A stretch of DNA of 32,000 nt from Pyrodictium abyssi (GCF_036323395.1 NZ_AP028907.1:300001-332000), one strand, 5' to 3'. Counted from the stretch's first letter, positions 8,644 through 17,845 are shown. Made by a program: numbers and translations. The notes: generated from the sequence alone by a model not told the origin.

Positions 8644-9621
8644 TCACTTTTTGTCCTTATCATTCCTCTTCCTATACTCGGCTAGTACGCTGGCCACGAT
8701 GATGGGCAGCACTACTGTAGCATCTCCATATACAACGACGCTCTCGCCTTCTGGGCGGAGCTTATTCCAAGTTATAGCCTCCCTGGGGTGAGCACCGCTA
8801 AGGCTCCCATCATACTCTACAGCGGTGGTGACGTATACTGCGCAGTCGAAGCCCTCTCTAAACTGTGCCCACCATATAGTATGGTGCTTACTTATACCGC
8901 CGCCGATGATCAATGCTGTGGCGTGTTTAGCTGTGAAGAATTTGTTAGACATCACCTCCTCGTCCCGGAACGCGTTAACCCTTAAGTCTCTGTGGGTCTG
9001 CAGGTATGTGAAGAGAGCAGTGCCGAATGCGCCGTCGAGGAAGCCGGGGACTATTATCGGGGTTCTGGTCTCAGCTGCAGCGGCGAGTATGCTGCCCTTA
9101 TCGCTTCTAAGCTCCTTGCCTATCTCCCACAGTATCTCGTATACGGCCCACTCCCTTGACCGGTCTAGCCGGTCTAGAACGCTGTATACGGTTCTCTCTA
9201 CTCGTGGCCCATAGTCCTCCATGGGTATGAATATGTTACCCAGCCGGTGCACTTCAAGATCGTGGAGCATGCGGTCGTCTGTCTCGAAAAAGCCCTTGTA
9301 GTATACGCCCCCGCTCCCCCGAGCTATGTCGTGGTCTATAGTGCCGCACGTCGTAACCACTAGGTTAAAGAGGCCCTCGCGTATCAGCTGGGCGAAGACC
9401 CCCCGAAGGCCCGTTGCTACCAGGTTAGCGGTAAACGATACTACGCGTAGGTCGGACTTCTGGAGGCAGCGTGATAGGAGCCGTACAGCCCTAACCACGT
9501 GGCCAGCCATGAATCCGTGGATGTCGTCTAGCACATCTATAAGACTTGCTAGCGGCTTGTCAGGGTCGATCTCTACGTCTCTAACAGGCTCTACCAGGAG
9601 CTTGCTACGCTCGACCTCCAT
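8644..9621 (-). CDS. dys: Deoxyhypusine synthase
   Basis: 'HGFMAGHVVRAVRLL', 'FVSFTANLVATGLR' region, 'HHTIWWAQFREGFDCAVYVTTAVEYDGSLSGAHPREAITWNKL' with catalytic Lys context. Confidence 0.95.
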   Translation of the reverse strand: MEVERSKLLVEPVRDVEIDPDKPLASLIDVLDDIHGFMAGHVVRAVRLLSRCLQKSDLRVVSFTANLVATGLRGVFAQLIREGLFNLVVTTCGTIDHDIARGSGGVYYKGFFETDDRMLHDLEVHRLGNIFIPMEDYGPRVERTVYSVLDRLDRSREWAVYEILWEIGKELRSDKGSILAAAAETRTPIIVPGFLDGAFGTALFTYLQTHRDLRVNAFRDEEVMSNKFFTAKHATALIIGGGISKHHTIWWAQFREGFDCAVYVTTAVEYDGSLSGAHPREAITWNKLRPEGESVVVYGDATVVLPIIVASVLAEYRKRNDKDKK

Positions 9622-9706
9622 AGCATACCCCGCTGAACTGGCCCGCTGGGCTGAGAGTCATAAGGGTTTGTAGAGTTCTCTCCGGAGGTCTAAACATGCT
9701 AGATAG

Positions 9707-10453
9707 TTGTGTACTCTTGCCCAGGGTACGAGGGGTGCGCCACAGTTGGCTAAGGGCGGAGTCAGGCGCTGGCTAGCCAGCGAGAGGATTGCCTTCCGGT
9801 TACTCGAGCAGCGCGGCTACAGGATACTTGAGACCCACAAGCGTATAGTAGTAGATGGAGTTGAGATAGGCGAGGTAGACGCACTAGCCGAGGGCCCTGA
9901 GGGAGAACTCTACGTCGTCGAAGTCAAGGCGGGTAGGCTAGACATACATGGAATACGCCAAGTCTACAGCAATGCGGTGTTGCTAAACGCTAGGCCGCTG
10001 GTAGTCTGCAAAGGATTCGCCGACGAATCGGCACGGGTTCTCGCAGAGAAGCTTGGAGTATCGGTAATAGAGCTTGAGGACGTATTCTTGCTAGACGCGG
10101 AAGAACTCGAGGATATAGTCTACGGTGCTGCTCTCGAGGCTTTTAGCGAAGCTGTAAGGCTGCTCCTTGACCCCTCTATACGGATAAAGCCGGAGCAGCT
10201 GGAGGTACTCCGGGCAATTGCCGAGACCAGCACGCCATCTGAGGCGGCTGCTAGGCTCGGGAAAAGCGTCCGCGATGTAGCAAGGACGCTAGAGTGGCTG
10301 CGCGGGATCACGCCGCTCGCGAGAAGAGGATACCGCTCTGCTAGGATAGCAGCTTCTGTGCTGCTACAGCGGGCTAGGATACAAGGGCTGCTAGAGAGTC
10401 TCAGTAGTAGTGCTGAAAGAATAGAATCGCTACTAGAGAAGCTAGGGGCGTAA
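9707..10453 (+). CDS. PD-(D/E)XK nuclease-like protein with C-terminal HTH/coiled segment
   Basis: 'GVEIGEVDALAEGPEGELYVVEVKAGRLDIHGIRQVYSNAVLLNARPLVV' matches the E..D..ExK nuclease core; 'TSTPSEAAARLGKSVRDVARTLEWLR' HTH-like. Start uncertain. Confidence 0.75.
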   Translation: MCTLAQGTRGAPQLAKGGVRRWLASERIAFRLLEQRGYRILETHKRIVVDGVEIGEVDALAEGPEGELYVVEVKAGRLDIHGIRQVYSNAVLLNARPLVVCKGFADESARVLAEKLGVSVIELEDVFLLDAEELEDIVYGAALEAFSEAVRLLLDPSIRIKPEQLEVLRAIAETSTPSEAAARLGKSVRDVARTLEWLRGITPLARRGYRSARIAASVLLQRARIQGLLESLSSSAERIESLLEKLGA

Positions 10454-10456
10454 CCC

Positions 10457-11209
10457 ATGAGCGGATCCTCTAGAGAGAAGCAGAGGATACGAGAACAAAT
10501 ATGGAGGCTGCTAGAGGAGCGGGGGGTTGCAGCGTTCCCACGGCCAGTCTACGGGCGTATACCCAACTTCAAGGGAGCCGAAGAGGCGGCAGCCAGGCTC
10601 GCAGAGACCCCGGAGTGGAGAAGAGCTAGAATAATCAAGGCTAATCCCGATGCGCCGCAGAAGTGGGTTCGTCTAGCCGCACTACGTAGCGGCAAGACAC
10701 TGGTAATGGCTACCCCGCGTCTAAGGGAGGGATTCCTACTACTAGACCCACGCTTCATACCGGGCTACTTGTATGAGAAGGCCGCTACTATACGTGGAGC
10801 ATTCCAGCTGGGTAAGAAACTATCAATAGACGAGCTCCGGTCGATGGGAGGCATAGACCTCATAGTAACTGGCTCTGTGGCTGTAGATAGGAGGGGGCAC
10901 CGGGTAGGCAAGGGTGAGGGCTACGCGGAGATAGAGTACGGTATTATGAGGGAGCTGGGACTGGTAGGAGAAGACACGCCCATAGCTACGACTATCCACG
11001 ATCTACAGCTCGTAGAGCACATACCGAGGGAGCCTTACGACCTAGCAGTAGACATTGCGGCAACACCCCGCAAGCTACTCCGCTTTGAAGGGGCGGAGAA
11101 GCCGCCTGGAATAATATGGAGCATGCTTCCCTGTAAGAAGTTCAGGGAGATACTGGTACTCCAGGAGCTTGCGAGGATACGTGGAGTAGACAAGCCGTGC
11201 AGAGACTAG
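10457..11209 (+). CDS. 5-formyltetrahydrofolate cyclo-ligase family protein
   Basis: 'REKQRIREQIWRLLEERGVAAFPRP', 'DLIVTGSVAVDRRGHRVGKGEGYAEIEYGIMRELG'. Confidence 0.85.
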   Translation: MSGSSREKQRIREQIWRLLEERGVAAFPRPVYGRIPNFKGAEEAAARLAETPEWRRARIIKANPDAPQKWVRLAALRSGKTLVMATPRLREGFLLLDPRFIPGYLYEKAATIRGAFQLGKKLSIDELRSMGGIDLIVTGSVAVDRRGHRVGKGEGYAEIEYGIMRELGLVGEDTPIATTIHDLQLVEHIPREPYDLAVDIAATPRKLLRFEGAEKPPGIIWSMLPCKKFREILVLQELARIRGVDKPCRD

Positions 11210-11245
11210 GCTGAGCACACGCGAGTATGGCGAGAGTCTAAGCTT

Positions 11246-11776
11246 CTAAGCTCTAGCAGCTATGTCGCTTATACCCCTCGTATAGAGGTATATGGTTCTC
11301 GTCAAGCCACCTATATAGTACTTCTCTACATGGATAGGCTTCCACCCCGGAATAGCGAAGTCGAGCGTTACTACACGGGCGCCTATCTTGAGCTCAGCCT
11401 CGAGCTTCGGCCTAAGCGCTGCATTGACACGGGTGAGCAGATACATGTACACTACAGTTGCCTTGTCGAGCGTAATGTTGAAGAAGCTGTCGTTTATGAA
11501 CTCTATCTTGTCGTAGACGCCAGCCTTCCTAGCATTCTCCATAGCAGTCTCTATAAGGTCGCGTCTAAGCTCAACACATACCGCTCTAGCGCCACGCTTG
11601 GCGGCCTCTATAGCTACACGGCCATCGCCACACCCGAGATCGTAGAATATGTCGCCATGGCTGACTCTAGCTATGCGCAGCACGTGGCCAATTAGCTGGC
11701 GGCGGGTAGGAACCCAGGGTACATCGTAAGCCCCTATAGCTGATAGCGGCAATGCGCCGAAGATGCCAGCCAGCAC
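11246..11776 (-). CDS. Class I SAM-dependent methyltransferase, aKMT-like (archaeal protein-lysine methyltransferase family)
   Basis: 'YDLGCGDGRVAIEAAKRGARAVCVELRRDLIETAMENARKAG..VVYMYLLTRVNAALRPKLEAELKIGARVVTLDFAIPGWKP' closely follows the Sulfolobus aKMT pattern. Confidence 0.8.
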   Translation of the reverse strand: MLAGIFGALPLSAIGAYDVPWVPTRRQLIGHVLRIARVSHGDIFYDLGCGDGRVAIEAAKRGARAVCVELRRDLIETAMENARKAGVYDKIEFINDSFFNITLDKATVVYMYLLTRVNAALRPKLEAELKIGARVVTLDFAIPGWKPIHVEKYYIGGLTRTIYLYTRGISDIAARA

Positions 11777-11959
11777 GCCTGACCCCAGTGTAGGGCATAC
11801 CGCCGGGCAGCTAAGTTTTCTATTTCATAGCAACGCAGAGCAGGCTCTACGCTTTTATCTCATACAAGCTCCTGGCTAGGGGCACGGTATGCAGAAGCAG
11901 GCTCGCCAGAGACGGCTATACGTGTTATAGGGAATTACCATGATAGGAGGTCGTCTACT

Positions 11960-12799
11960 TTGGAGCGGGTAAGGAGGCGCAGCTACCACGTTAGAGCAGC
12001 CGTTAGCATCCGGGACGTGTCGGCAAGGACCAGCGTTGAACAAAGATGTCTAGACCCTCGCACCTGGGCACTAATAGTATCACAGATAGAGGGAATAAAG
12101 CAAGTATACAACTTCATGAACCGGTTTATGTCGCTCGGACTAGAGGATAGAGTTAGACGCGACGCAGTAGAATCTCTCGTTGTCAACACAGGGCTTAGAG
12201 ATGATGGGCCTCGGCAAGCAATAGTGGTTGACGTAGGAAGCGGGCCTGGTACCTCGCTCAGGGCTATATGGAAGCTACTAGATAAGAGCTTCATAGTAGC
12301 CGTTGATCCTTCTGCCCGCTTGCTTAGTATGGCGTGTGCAGGCATCCTATGCGAGCGTGTGGTGGGGGTTGCGGAGCACCTACCAGTACGTGATAGAGGC
12401 GCAGATGTAGTAACATCGTTCTACGCTTCTCGCGACTTCCAGTCTCTCCCGAAGGCACTCGTATCTATGCTCAATGTGGCCCGGCGAGGCTTAGCAATAG
12501 GAGATATCTTCCTACCTCGCCAACTATTGAAAAGATTCCTCGTGAGGACCTGGGTATGCAGAATAGTCCCAATACTAGCCCTACTACTTGCAAGAAGATA
12601 CTGGAAAAACTACAAAGGTCTCTGCATAACAATCAAGCAGTGGTGTGATGTCAGCGAACTAGGGAAGTACATAGAGCAGCTATCAGAGAGACTAAATAGA
12701 CCGGCAATCGTCAAGTCGCGCAGCTATGTACTTGGAGGACTAGGATATGTCACAGCATTCTTCAAAGAAGAAAGTACTACTAGGCATAACAGGAGCTAG
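11960..12799 (+). CDS. UbiE-like SAM-dependent methyltransferase
   Basis: 'VYNFMNRFMSLGLEDRVRRDAV..VVDVGSGPGTSLRAI..DPSARLLSMA..VVGVAEHLPVRDRGADVVTSFYASRDF'. TTG start. Confidence 0.8.
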   Translation: MERVRRRSYHVRAAVSIRDVSARTSVEQRCLDPRTWALIVSQIEGIKQVYNFMNRFMSLGLEDRVRRDAVESLVVNTGLRDDGPRQAIVVDVGSGPGTSLRAIWKLLDKSFIVAVDPSARLLSMACAGILCERVVGVAEHLPVRDRGADVVTSFYASRDFQSLPKALVSMLNVARRGLAIGDIFLPRQLLKRFLVRTWVCRIVPILALLLARRYWKNYKGLCITIKQWCDVSELGKYIEQLSERLNRPAIVKSRSYVLGGLGYVTAFFKEESTTRHNRS

Positions 12800-13340
12800 C
12801 GGAATAGTATACGGTGTAAAACTCGCCGAAACACTGCACGCCATGGGGCTGCTTGAGGCCATAGTATACACGCGGAGCGCAGACCACGTAGCTAGAGAGG
12901 AAATGGGAGTAGCCCTCACAGACCTTCTCAAAGCAGTGAATATACGAATGTACCGGGATGATGAGATTGGCGCCCCCTATGCTAGCAGTAGTAGGATACC
13001 CCTTGGAGGCATGGTAGTGGCGCCATGCAGTATGAGGACGCTCGCAGCTATAGCCCATGGGATAGCGGATAACCTTGTAACCCGCGCCGCACTGTCCACA
13101 CTCCGGCTGCAACGACGCCTCGTCCTGGTTGTACGTGAAACACCGCTAGGTGTAGCGGAGCTTCGTAACATGCTTCTAGCAGCTGAAAACGGCGCAGTAG
13201 TGCTCCCAGCATCACCAGCGTTCTACCATCGCCCTAAAACCGTAGACGATATGGTGGACTTCATAGTAGGCAAGGTACTCGATGTTCTAGGGATAGAGCA
13301 TAGTCTCTACCGTAGATGGCGCAGCAGCGACGGGAGATAG
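12747..13340 (+). CDS. ubiX: UbiX/Pad1-type flavin prenyltransferase
   Basis: 'KVLLGITGASGIVYGVKLAETL', 'GGMVVAPCSMRTLAAIAHGIADNLVTRAA', 'RRLVLVVRETPL', 'SPAFYHRPKTVDDMVDFIVGKVLDVLGI'. Overlaps the upstream gene by 53 bp. Confidence 0.95.
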   Translation: MSQHSSKKKVLLGITGASGIVYGVKLAETLHAMGLLEAIVYTRSADHVAREEMGVALTDLLKAVNIRMYRDDEIGAPYASSSRIPLGGMVVAPCSMRTLAAIAHGIADNLVTRAALSTLRLQRRLVLVVRETPLGVAELRNMLLAAENGAVVLPASPAFYHRPKTVDDMVDFIVGKVLDVLGIEHSLYRRWRSSDGR

Positions 13341-13407
13341 CGGTATTCTGGAAAACCGTGCAGGCAGCAGAAACGCCACGTATAACGGGTAACGGCCAGG
13401 GGGAGTG

Positions 13408-13848
13408 TTAAAGTAGGTCCTCGTCGAGCCCGTAGCCCTTTCTCTTCATAAGCCTCTCAACGCGCGACATTGTCTCCTCTTCTGCAGCTAGCTCCTTCTC
13501 CAGGTCCTCTATCCTAGTCTCCTTCTGCTGCTTCTCCTTGGCGTAGAGGCACGTGCCATCGGGTAGGAGCGCTTTTAGCGTACAGGCGGCGTATTGGCAC
13601 GAGCCTCCTATGCACTCGTCGCCTATCCACCGGCAGTATGCCACACGGTGCATCTTGCCATGAGAGGGCTTCCTCACTATGGTTAGCGCGTTGTTCAGGC
13701 ACTTGAAGTGTGGGCAGAGCGGGTTGCACTTACCGTTGGGAAGGGGTAGCGGTCTCGGCTTTCCTGCCGGGCCTCCCTTCTGTGGCCCTCTGCGAGGCGT
13801 TCTAGGAGGAGCACGCCCCCGGCGATATGACATACTCTGCCACCTCAT
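13408..13848 (-). CDS. Cys-rich putative metal-binding protein with C-terminal charged coil
   Basis: 'CNPLCPHFKCLNNAL..YCRWIGDECIGGSCQYAACTL..GTCLY' cysteines; C-terminal 'RIEDLEKELAAEEETMSRVERLMKRKG'. Confidence 0.7.
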   Translation of the reverse strand: MRWQSMSYRRGRAPPRTPRRGPQKGGPAGKPRPLPLPNGKCNPLCPHFKCLNNALTIVRKPSHGKMHRVAYCRWIGDECIGGSCQYAACTLKALLPDGTCLYAKEKQQKETRIEDLEKELAAEEETMSRVERLMKRKGYGLDEDLL

Positions 13849-13961
13849 GCTGGGGATGCGGTGTTAACAGCTAGTCCCAGCCCTAGGCTCCTCATCCGTC
13901 TAGCGCCCTCCGGCGAAAGAGTAGAGCTACGCCACGCTGTGTAGAAAGTTAGACTATCTTA

Positions 13962-14510
13962 TTAGGGCTTACTCCACTTAAACATCAAGTACCTTGTCGG
14001 AGCGTCCCCAGGCCCCGTTATAGCCAGTATGAAGGCCTTGCGGACACTATGGCTAAGTCGTCCAGCCCGCACAATCTCCAGCGGGTCTATCTCCTCGCCA
14101 GCCTCTATCACGTGGATGAGATAGGGTGCATGGTCAATACCAGGACCCTTCTCGTAGACAGCGAAATCAGCACCATACTTGAGCCCCGAGCGCGCAATGT
14201 AGCCCCTATCACGTAGCTCTTTGTACACCTTGTATATAAGGTCGAACCTTGGTATTAGCTCGCGGGCACGGGCAGCTAGCTCGTCGGGCGTGATATTGGC
14301 GCCGTTCTCGTCTACTACCGATAAGAGCCCCTTCTCTGCCAGGTAGACAGCCTCGACGAGGCCGAGTTCGAGAGGAGCGTTGAACTCTGCATCTCTGGGC
14401 TTGGGGATGCCAAGCGGCTTTCCGTAGAAGCCTAGCCTGTACAGCTCTCGTGCCTCTTTAGGGTCAAAGACTATGACACGTAAACCGAGTAGTACGCCGT
14501 GAAACGTCAT
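13962..14510 (-). CDS. endA: tRNA-splicing endonuclease
   Basis: 'DLIYKVYKELRDRGYIARSGLKYGADFAVYEKGPGIDHAPYLIHV' plus 'SHSVRKAFILA' (Tyr/His/Lys catalytic triad contexts). Confidence 0.95.
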   Translation of the reverse strand: MTFHGVLLGLRVIVFDPKEARELYRLGFYGKPLGIPKPRDAEFNAPLELGLVEAVYLAEKGLLSVVDENGANITPDELAARARELIPRFDLIYKVYKELRDRGYIARSGLKYGADFAVYEKGPGIDHAPYLIHVIEAGEEIDPLEIVRAGRLSHSVRKAFILAITGPGDAPTRYLMFKWSKP

Positions 14511-14615
14511 GCTGAGTACACCTTACAAGTGTAGCCGATTACCGTGCAGGCGGGTACTAGCAGCTCGTGGTTCCCCTGGCGGAGAGAGGAGAGGTGGGAA
14601 GCAGTTAGACTAAAG

Positions 14616-15314
14616 TTAATGGCGTGCAACACGGTAGAGGGCCAGGAACTTGACGTTCTCGGCGGCGTCCCTAATAGTATCGGCAACATCCTCTATCATA
14701 TCAACTATGTCTCTCAGCAGCATTAGTGCTACTAGGTCCTGGCGCAGCTCACGATACATAGCGAATGTTAGCTGACGGTACAAGTTGTCGACCTCATCCT
14801 CTATGCCGGTGACGAGCTGAGCCTCCTCGTAGCCCTTCTTAGGGTTAGAGCTGAGGGCCTGGATGGCCACTTCTAGGCGCTCGAACTCTCTCTGTATACT
14901 CTCAGCTATTGATGTGAGCAGCTCGGCTATAGTAGTGCTTGTTACATTGGTATTAGAGGCTAGAAGGTAAGAACGGTAAGCTATACCCTCCGTCATCTGT
15001 GCTATACGGGTCAAGCCTAGGAACACATCCTTGTACAGGGTGCTCGTGTTAAGTAGGTCACCCAGACGCGCTAGATACGTTAGAGCATCCTCCTTCATAG
15101 ACTCTACGCGCTCCTTAGACTCTTTAACCCTCCTGTGGATCTCCTTCAGCTTTTTGTCGTCTGCGCCAGTGAGAGCCGAGACTATCTCCTTCATGCTCAC
15201 AACGGTCTCGCTCAAAGCTCTCGTAATCCCCAGGAGCTGCTCATTTAGACTCTCCTCTGCTAGCGACTGTCGCCGCCGCCTCTCCATGTCGTAGTCGTAG
15301 TATTCCTCAGCCAT
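14616..15314 (-). CDS. PhoU/DUF47-like helical protein
   Basis: All-helical pattern, 'ELRQDLVALMLLRDIVDMIEDVADTIRDAAENVKFLALYRVARH'. Confidence 0.65.
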   Translation of the reverse strand: MAEEYYDYDMERRRRQSLAEESLNEQLLGITRALSETVVSMKEIVSALTGADDKKLKEIHRRVKESKERVESMKEDALTYLARLGDLLNTSTLYKDVFLGLTRIAQMTEGIAYRSYLLASNTNVTSTTIAELLTSIAESIQREFERLEVAIQALSSNPKKGYEEAQLVTGIEDEVDNLYRQLTFAMYRELRQDLVALMLLRDIVDMIEDVADTIRDAAENVKFLALYRVARH

Positions 15315-15386
15315 AGGCTCAACCCCGTGGCACCTCTAGCTAGGATGGAGGTATTAGAATAGTAATGCTGCTGGTGTAGCACGCGG

Positions 15387-15472
15387 CATGTGTACCTATT
15401 ATAGCCCCTAGAGCCTAGAGACTTATAGCACATGGCACTAGAGCCCCTTCGAGCTCCTTTAGGCGCTAGTGC
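15387..15472. other. Hairpin-rich divergent intergenic region
   Basis: CATGTG (15387-15392)/CACATG (15429-15434); GCACTAG-A-GCC (15435-15445)/GGC-G-CTAGTGC (15462-15472). Confidence 0.4.
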
Positions 15473-15504
15473 ACCACAACAATGAGCCGAGAGGGCACAA
15501 GCTA

Positions 15505-17061
15505 ATGGAGGTACTGATAGTAGATGCCCTGGCACGAGGCAGCTACGGTAGACGCATAGTGACAGTCGATGCTATCGGCGCTGGCCCCCGCACAGTGGCA
15601 GGCGTCTTAGAGAAACTGGGAATAGGTGTTGAGCTAGTTACAGCCGAGACACTGTTCGACAATCCCCGTATAATGGACCAATACGATGTACTGATGATAA
15701 GCGCTATGTCTATCGATGAAAAAACCGTAGCCAAAATAGTTAGAATATGGCGTAGAAGGCACGGTAAAAAGGCAGTAATAGTAGGGGGTCCTATAGCATC
15801 AGATCCTGATTTCGTTGTACGTGTCGGAGCAGACATAGGTGTGCACGGCGAAGCTGAGCCAGTAATAGAAAAGCTAGTAGGAGAAGGTATAGTTGATGAG
15901 AGAAAGGTAGACTATGAGAGACTCAACAGCGTGTGTGGAACAGCGTTCATGCAAAACGGTAGACTCGTTATGAACAGAAGATGTTCTATAATGCCCAGAA
16001 GAGTCTGGGAGAGATACCGCCCGAGCACACGGGTCATACATGGTTACCCGCTATACTGGGCAGCGAGGGTGTATGTTGAAGTCGTACGTGGGTGTAGTAA
16101 CTACATGATACCAGACCTAGCCAGTATTCTTCCGGAGGAGCTGCTGCCGGGAAAACCTGTACCAGGCTGCGCCTACTGCAGCGTCGTCCCGCTATGGGGC
16201 TATGCAAGGAGTCGCAGCATAGACCACGTATATCAAGAGGTTAAGGAGCTCATAGAACAAGGTGTTCGCCGTATAGTGCTAAGCGGGCCCGACTTCCTAG
16301 ACTATGGCCGCGACTGGCTTGTTGAGCCCAAACCTCTAGTAGACCCTAGGAGACCTGGCCCAAACATAGAAGCTATACGCAAGCTGCTCAAAAGACTAGC
16401 ATCCATACCAGAAGTATCAGCGGGAGAAGCAGTAGTAATGGTTGAAAATGTAAAGCCTAGCCTTGTGACCGAAGAGGCTGCAGAAATACTAGGCAGGTAT
16501 CTTCGTGGGACGCCAGTACACATAGGCGCAGAAACCGGAGACGCGAGACTGCTAGAAGCGCTGGGCAGACCGGTAACCATACGAGAAACAATAGAGGCCG
16601 TGAAGAGGCTAAAGAGGCATGGCATTAGGCCGTATGTCTACATAATGTACTGCCTCCCTGGCGAGACACCTAGAACTATAGAAAAGACTGTAAACCTTAT
16701 GGAGACCCTATACCGTGTTGGCGCCGAGAAGATAACCGCCTATCGCTTTATGCCGCTACCACTATCCGCCCTAGAGAAGCTTATGAGAGCAAAGATTCCA
16801 TGTATGCAAGACCATCCGGTGAAATTAAAGGCTATTGAGATAAACAAGCGTGCAAAGAAGAGGATGATAGGCAAGATAATACGCGTTATTATAGTAGGCA
16901 AGCACCCAAAGCTCTCAAAGTGGATAGGGTATCCAATAAAACATGGCCCTGTCGTAGCCGTGGACGGCTCTGGTCTGCATGAGCGGGAGATCGTAGACGT
17001 GAGGATAACAGACGTGAAGTCCGACAGAATTGTAGAAGGAGTAGTAGTCCGAACACGATGA
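15505..17061 (+). CDS. B12-binding-domain-like radical SAM protein with TRAM-like C-terminus
   Basis: Rossmann-like N-domain 'VLMISAMSIDEKTVAKIVRIWRRRHGKKAVIVGGPIASDPDFVVRVGADIGVHGEAE'; 'VEVVRGC..PGCAYCSV..RSRSIDHVYQEVKELIEQGVRRIVLSGPDF'; 'HIGAETGDARLLEALGRP'. Start at internal ATG 15505 preferred over 15469. Confidence 0.85.
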   Translation: MEVLIVDALARGSYGRRIVTVDAIGAGPRTVAGVLEKLGIGVELVTAETLFDNPRIMDQYDVLMISAMSIDEKTVAKIVRIWRRRHGKKAVIVGGPIASDPDFVVRVGADIGVHGEAEPVIEKLVGEGIVDERKVDYERLNSVCGTAFMQNGRLVMNRRCSIMPRRVWERYRPSTRVIHGYPLYWAARVYVEVVRGCSNYMIPDLASILPEELLPGKPVPGCAYCSVVPLWGYARSRSIDHVYQEVKELIEQGVRRIVLSGPDFLDYGRDWLVEPKPLVDPRRPGPNIEAIRKLLKRLASIPEVSAGEAVVMVENVKPSLVTEEAAEILGRYLRGTPVHIGAETGDARLLEALGRPVTIRETIEAVKRLKRHGIRPYVYIMYCLPGETPRTIEKTVNLMETLYRVGAEKITAYRFMPLPLSALEKLMRAKIPCMQDHPVKLKAIEINKRAKKRMIGKIIRVIIVGKHPKLSKWIGYPIKHGPVVAVDGSGLHEREIVDVRITDVKSDRIVEGVVVRTR

Positions 17062-17136
17062 TAGACCGAGTGGGCATTACTTATCGTGCTAATTACTGTG
17101 TGGCCTTGCTGAGCCTTTACGCCGGCAAGTCAAGGG

Positions 17137-17574
17137 CTAGTAGTACTTGTCGACAATGTACTGTAGTTTCTCGACTAGCTCTTCTATCTGGTTTAGGTCG
17201 TCTTCAATCATGCTGCGGTTTTCCTCTAAGAGTCGTGCGCCACGTCGAGCAAGTATCAAAGCCTTGTTTAGCAGATCTCGTTCATACTCCATACCCACTA
17301 TTATCATGTATTCGCTGAGTGTAGCTATATTGTCTCTAACCTCTGCAATCGTAGAATCTAAGTCTATAGCACCATTTAGGCTATTCACGAGGCGCCGGCG
17401 CAGAACGCGCAGACGACGTATATAGCTGAGTACTAGTGTCTGCAATTCTTCATCGTCTATATCCTTACGTAGCCTAACTAGGGCTCGATTTAGCGACTTT
17501 ACTATGTGTGCATGCTTGTCGGTTACATCCTCTAATGTACGCAGCAACTTGTATGGATCCACGTTCTCCGACAT
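17137..17574 (-). CDS. Conserved-looking helical/coiled-coil protein, unknown function
   Basis: 145-aa ORF with amphipathic helical pattern; strand-consistent with neighbours. Confidence 0.55.
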   Translation of the reverse strand: MSENVDPYKLLRTLEDVTDKHAHIVKSLNRALVRLRKDIDDEELQTLVLSYIRRLRVLRRRLVNSLNGAIDLDSTIAEVRDNIATLSEYMIIVGMEYERDLLNKALILARRGARLLEENRSMIEDDLNQIEELVEKLQYIVDKYY

Positions 17575-17845
17575 ACTAGCTACACCCTAGCATTCACGCA
17601 GCAGGTGAATAAGCGCAGCCTCAGAACTGTTACACTCCGATATTCCATGCCTCCTAATTAGCTGGAACCCCTCTTAAGTATGTTAGAGCGCCTACACGAC
17701 GTGCCTCCCAGAACAATTACCCTGACAATGGGGCTAAAAGGTGTACATAATAGGCAGTCGTAGCAGAACGGTATTGACACGAAGCGGCAAACTTCTGTCC
17801 AGCCGTTAGTAAAAACCAGGGCTACTTGGCTTCGTGAGTGGATGG

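Noticed and set aside
8788-9673. Plus-strand and alternate-frame ORFs over the deoxyhypusine synthase gene
   Set aside because: Shadow ORFs opposite a clearly coding gene; no recognisable domains.
12901-12950. TGATGA-type motifs inside ubiX and in other genes (e.g. 497, 1334, 15690, 20698)
   Set aside because: Inside well-supported coding sequence and without a partner CTGA at suitable spacing and with flanking complementarity.
13408-13440. Idea that the Cys-rich protein is a ribosomal protein
   Set aside because: Length, N-terminal Pro/Arg-rich segment and cysteine pattern do not match any ribosomal protein I recognise.
17055-17112. ACGATGA ... CTGA spacing suggesting a box C/D RNA at the 3' end of the radical SAM gene
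   Set aside because: No convincing D'/C' boxes and no terminal stem; overlaps the end of the gene. Likely chance.
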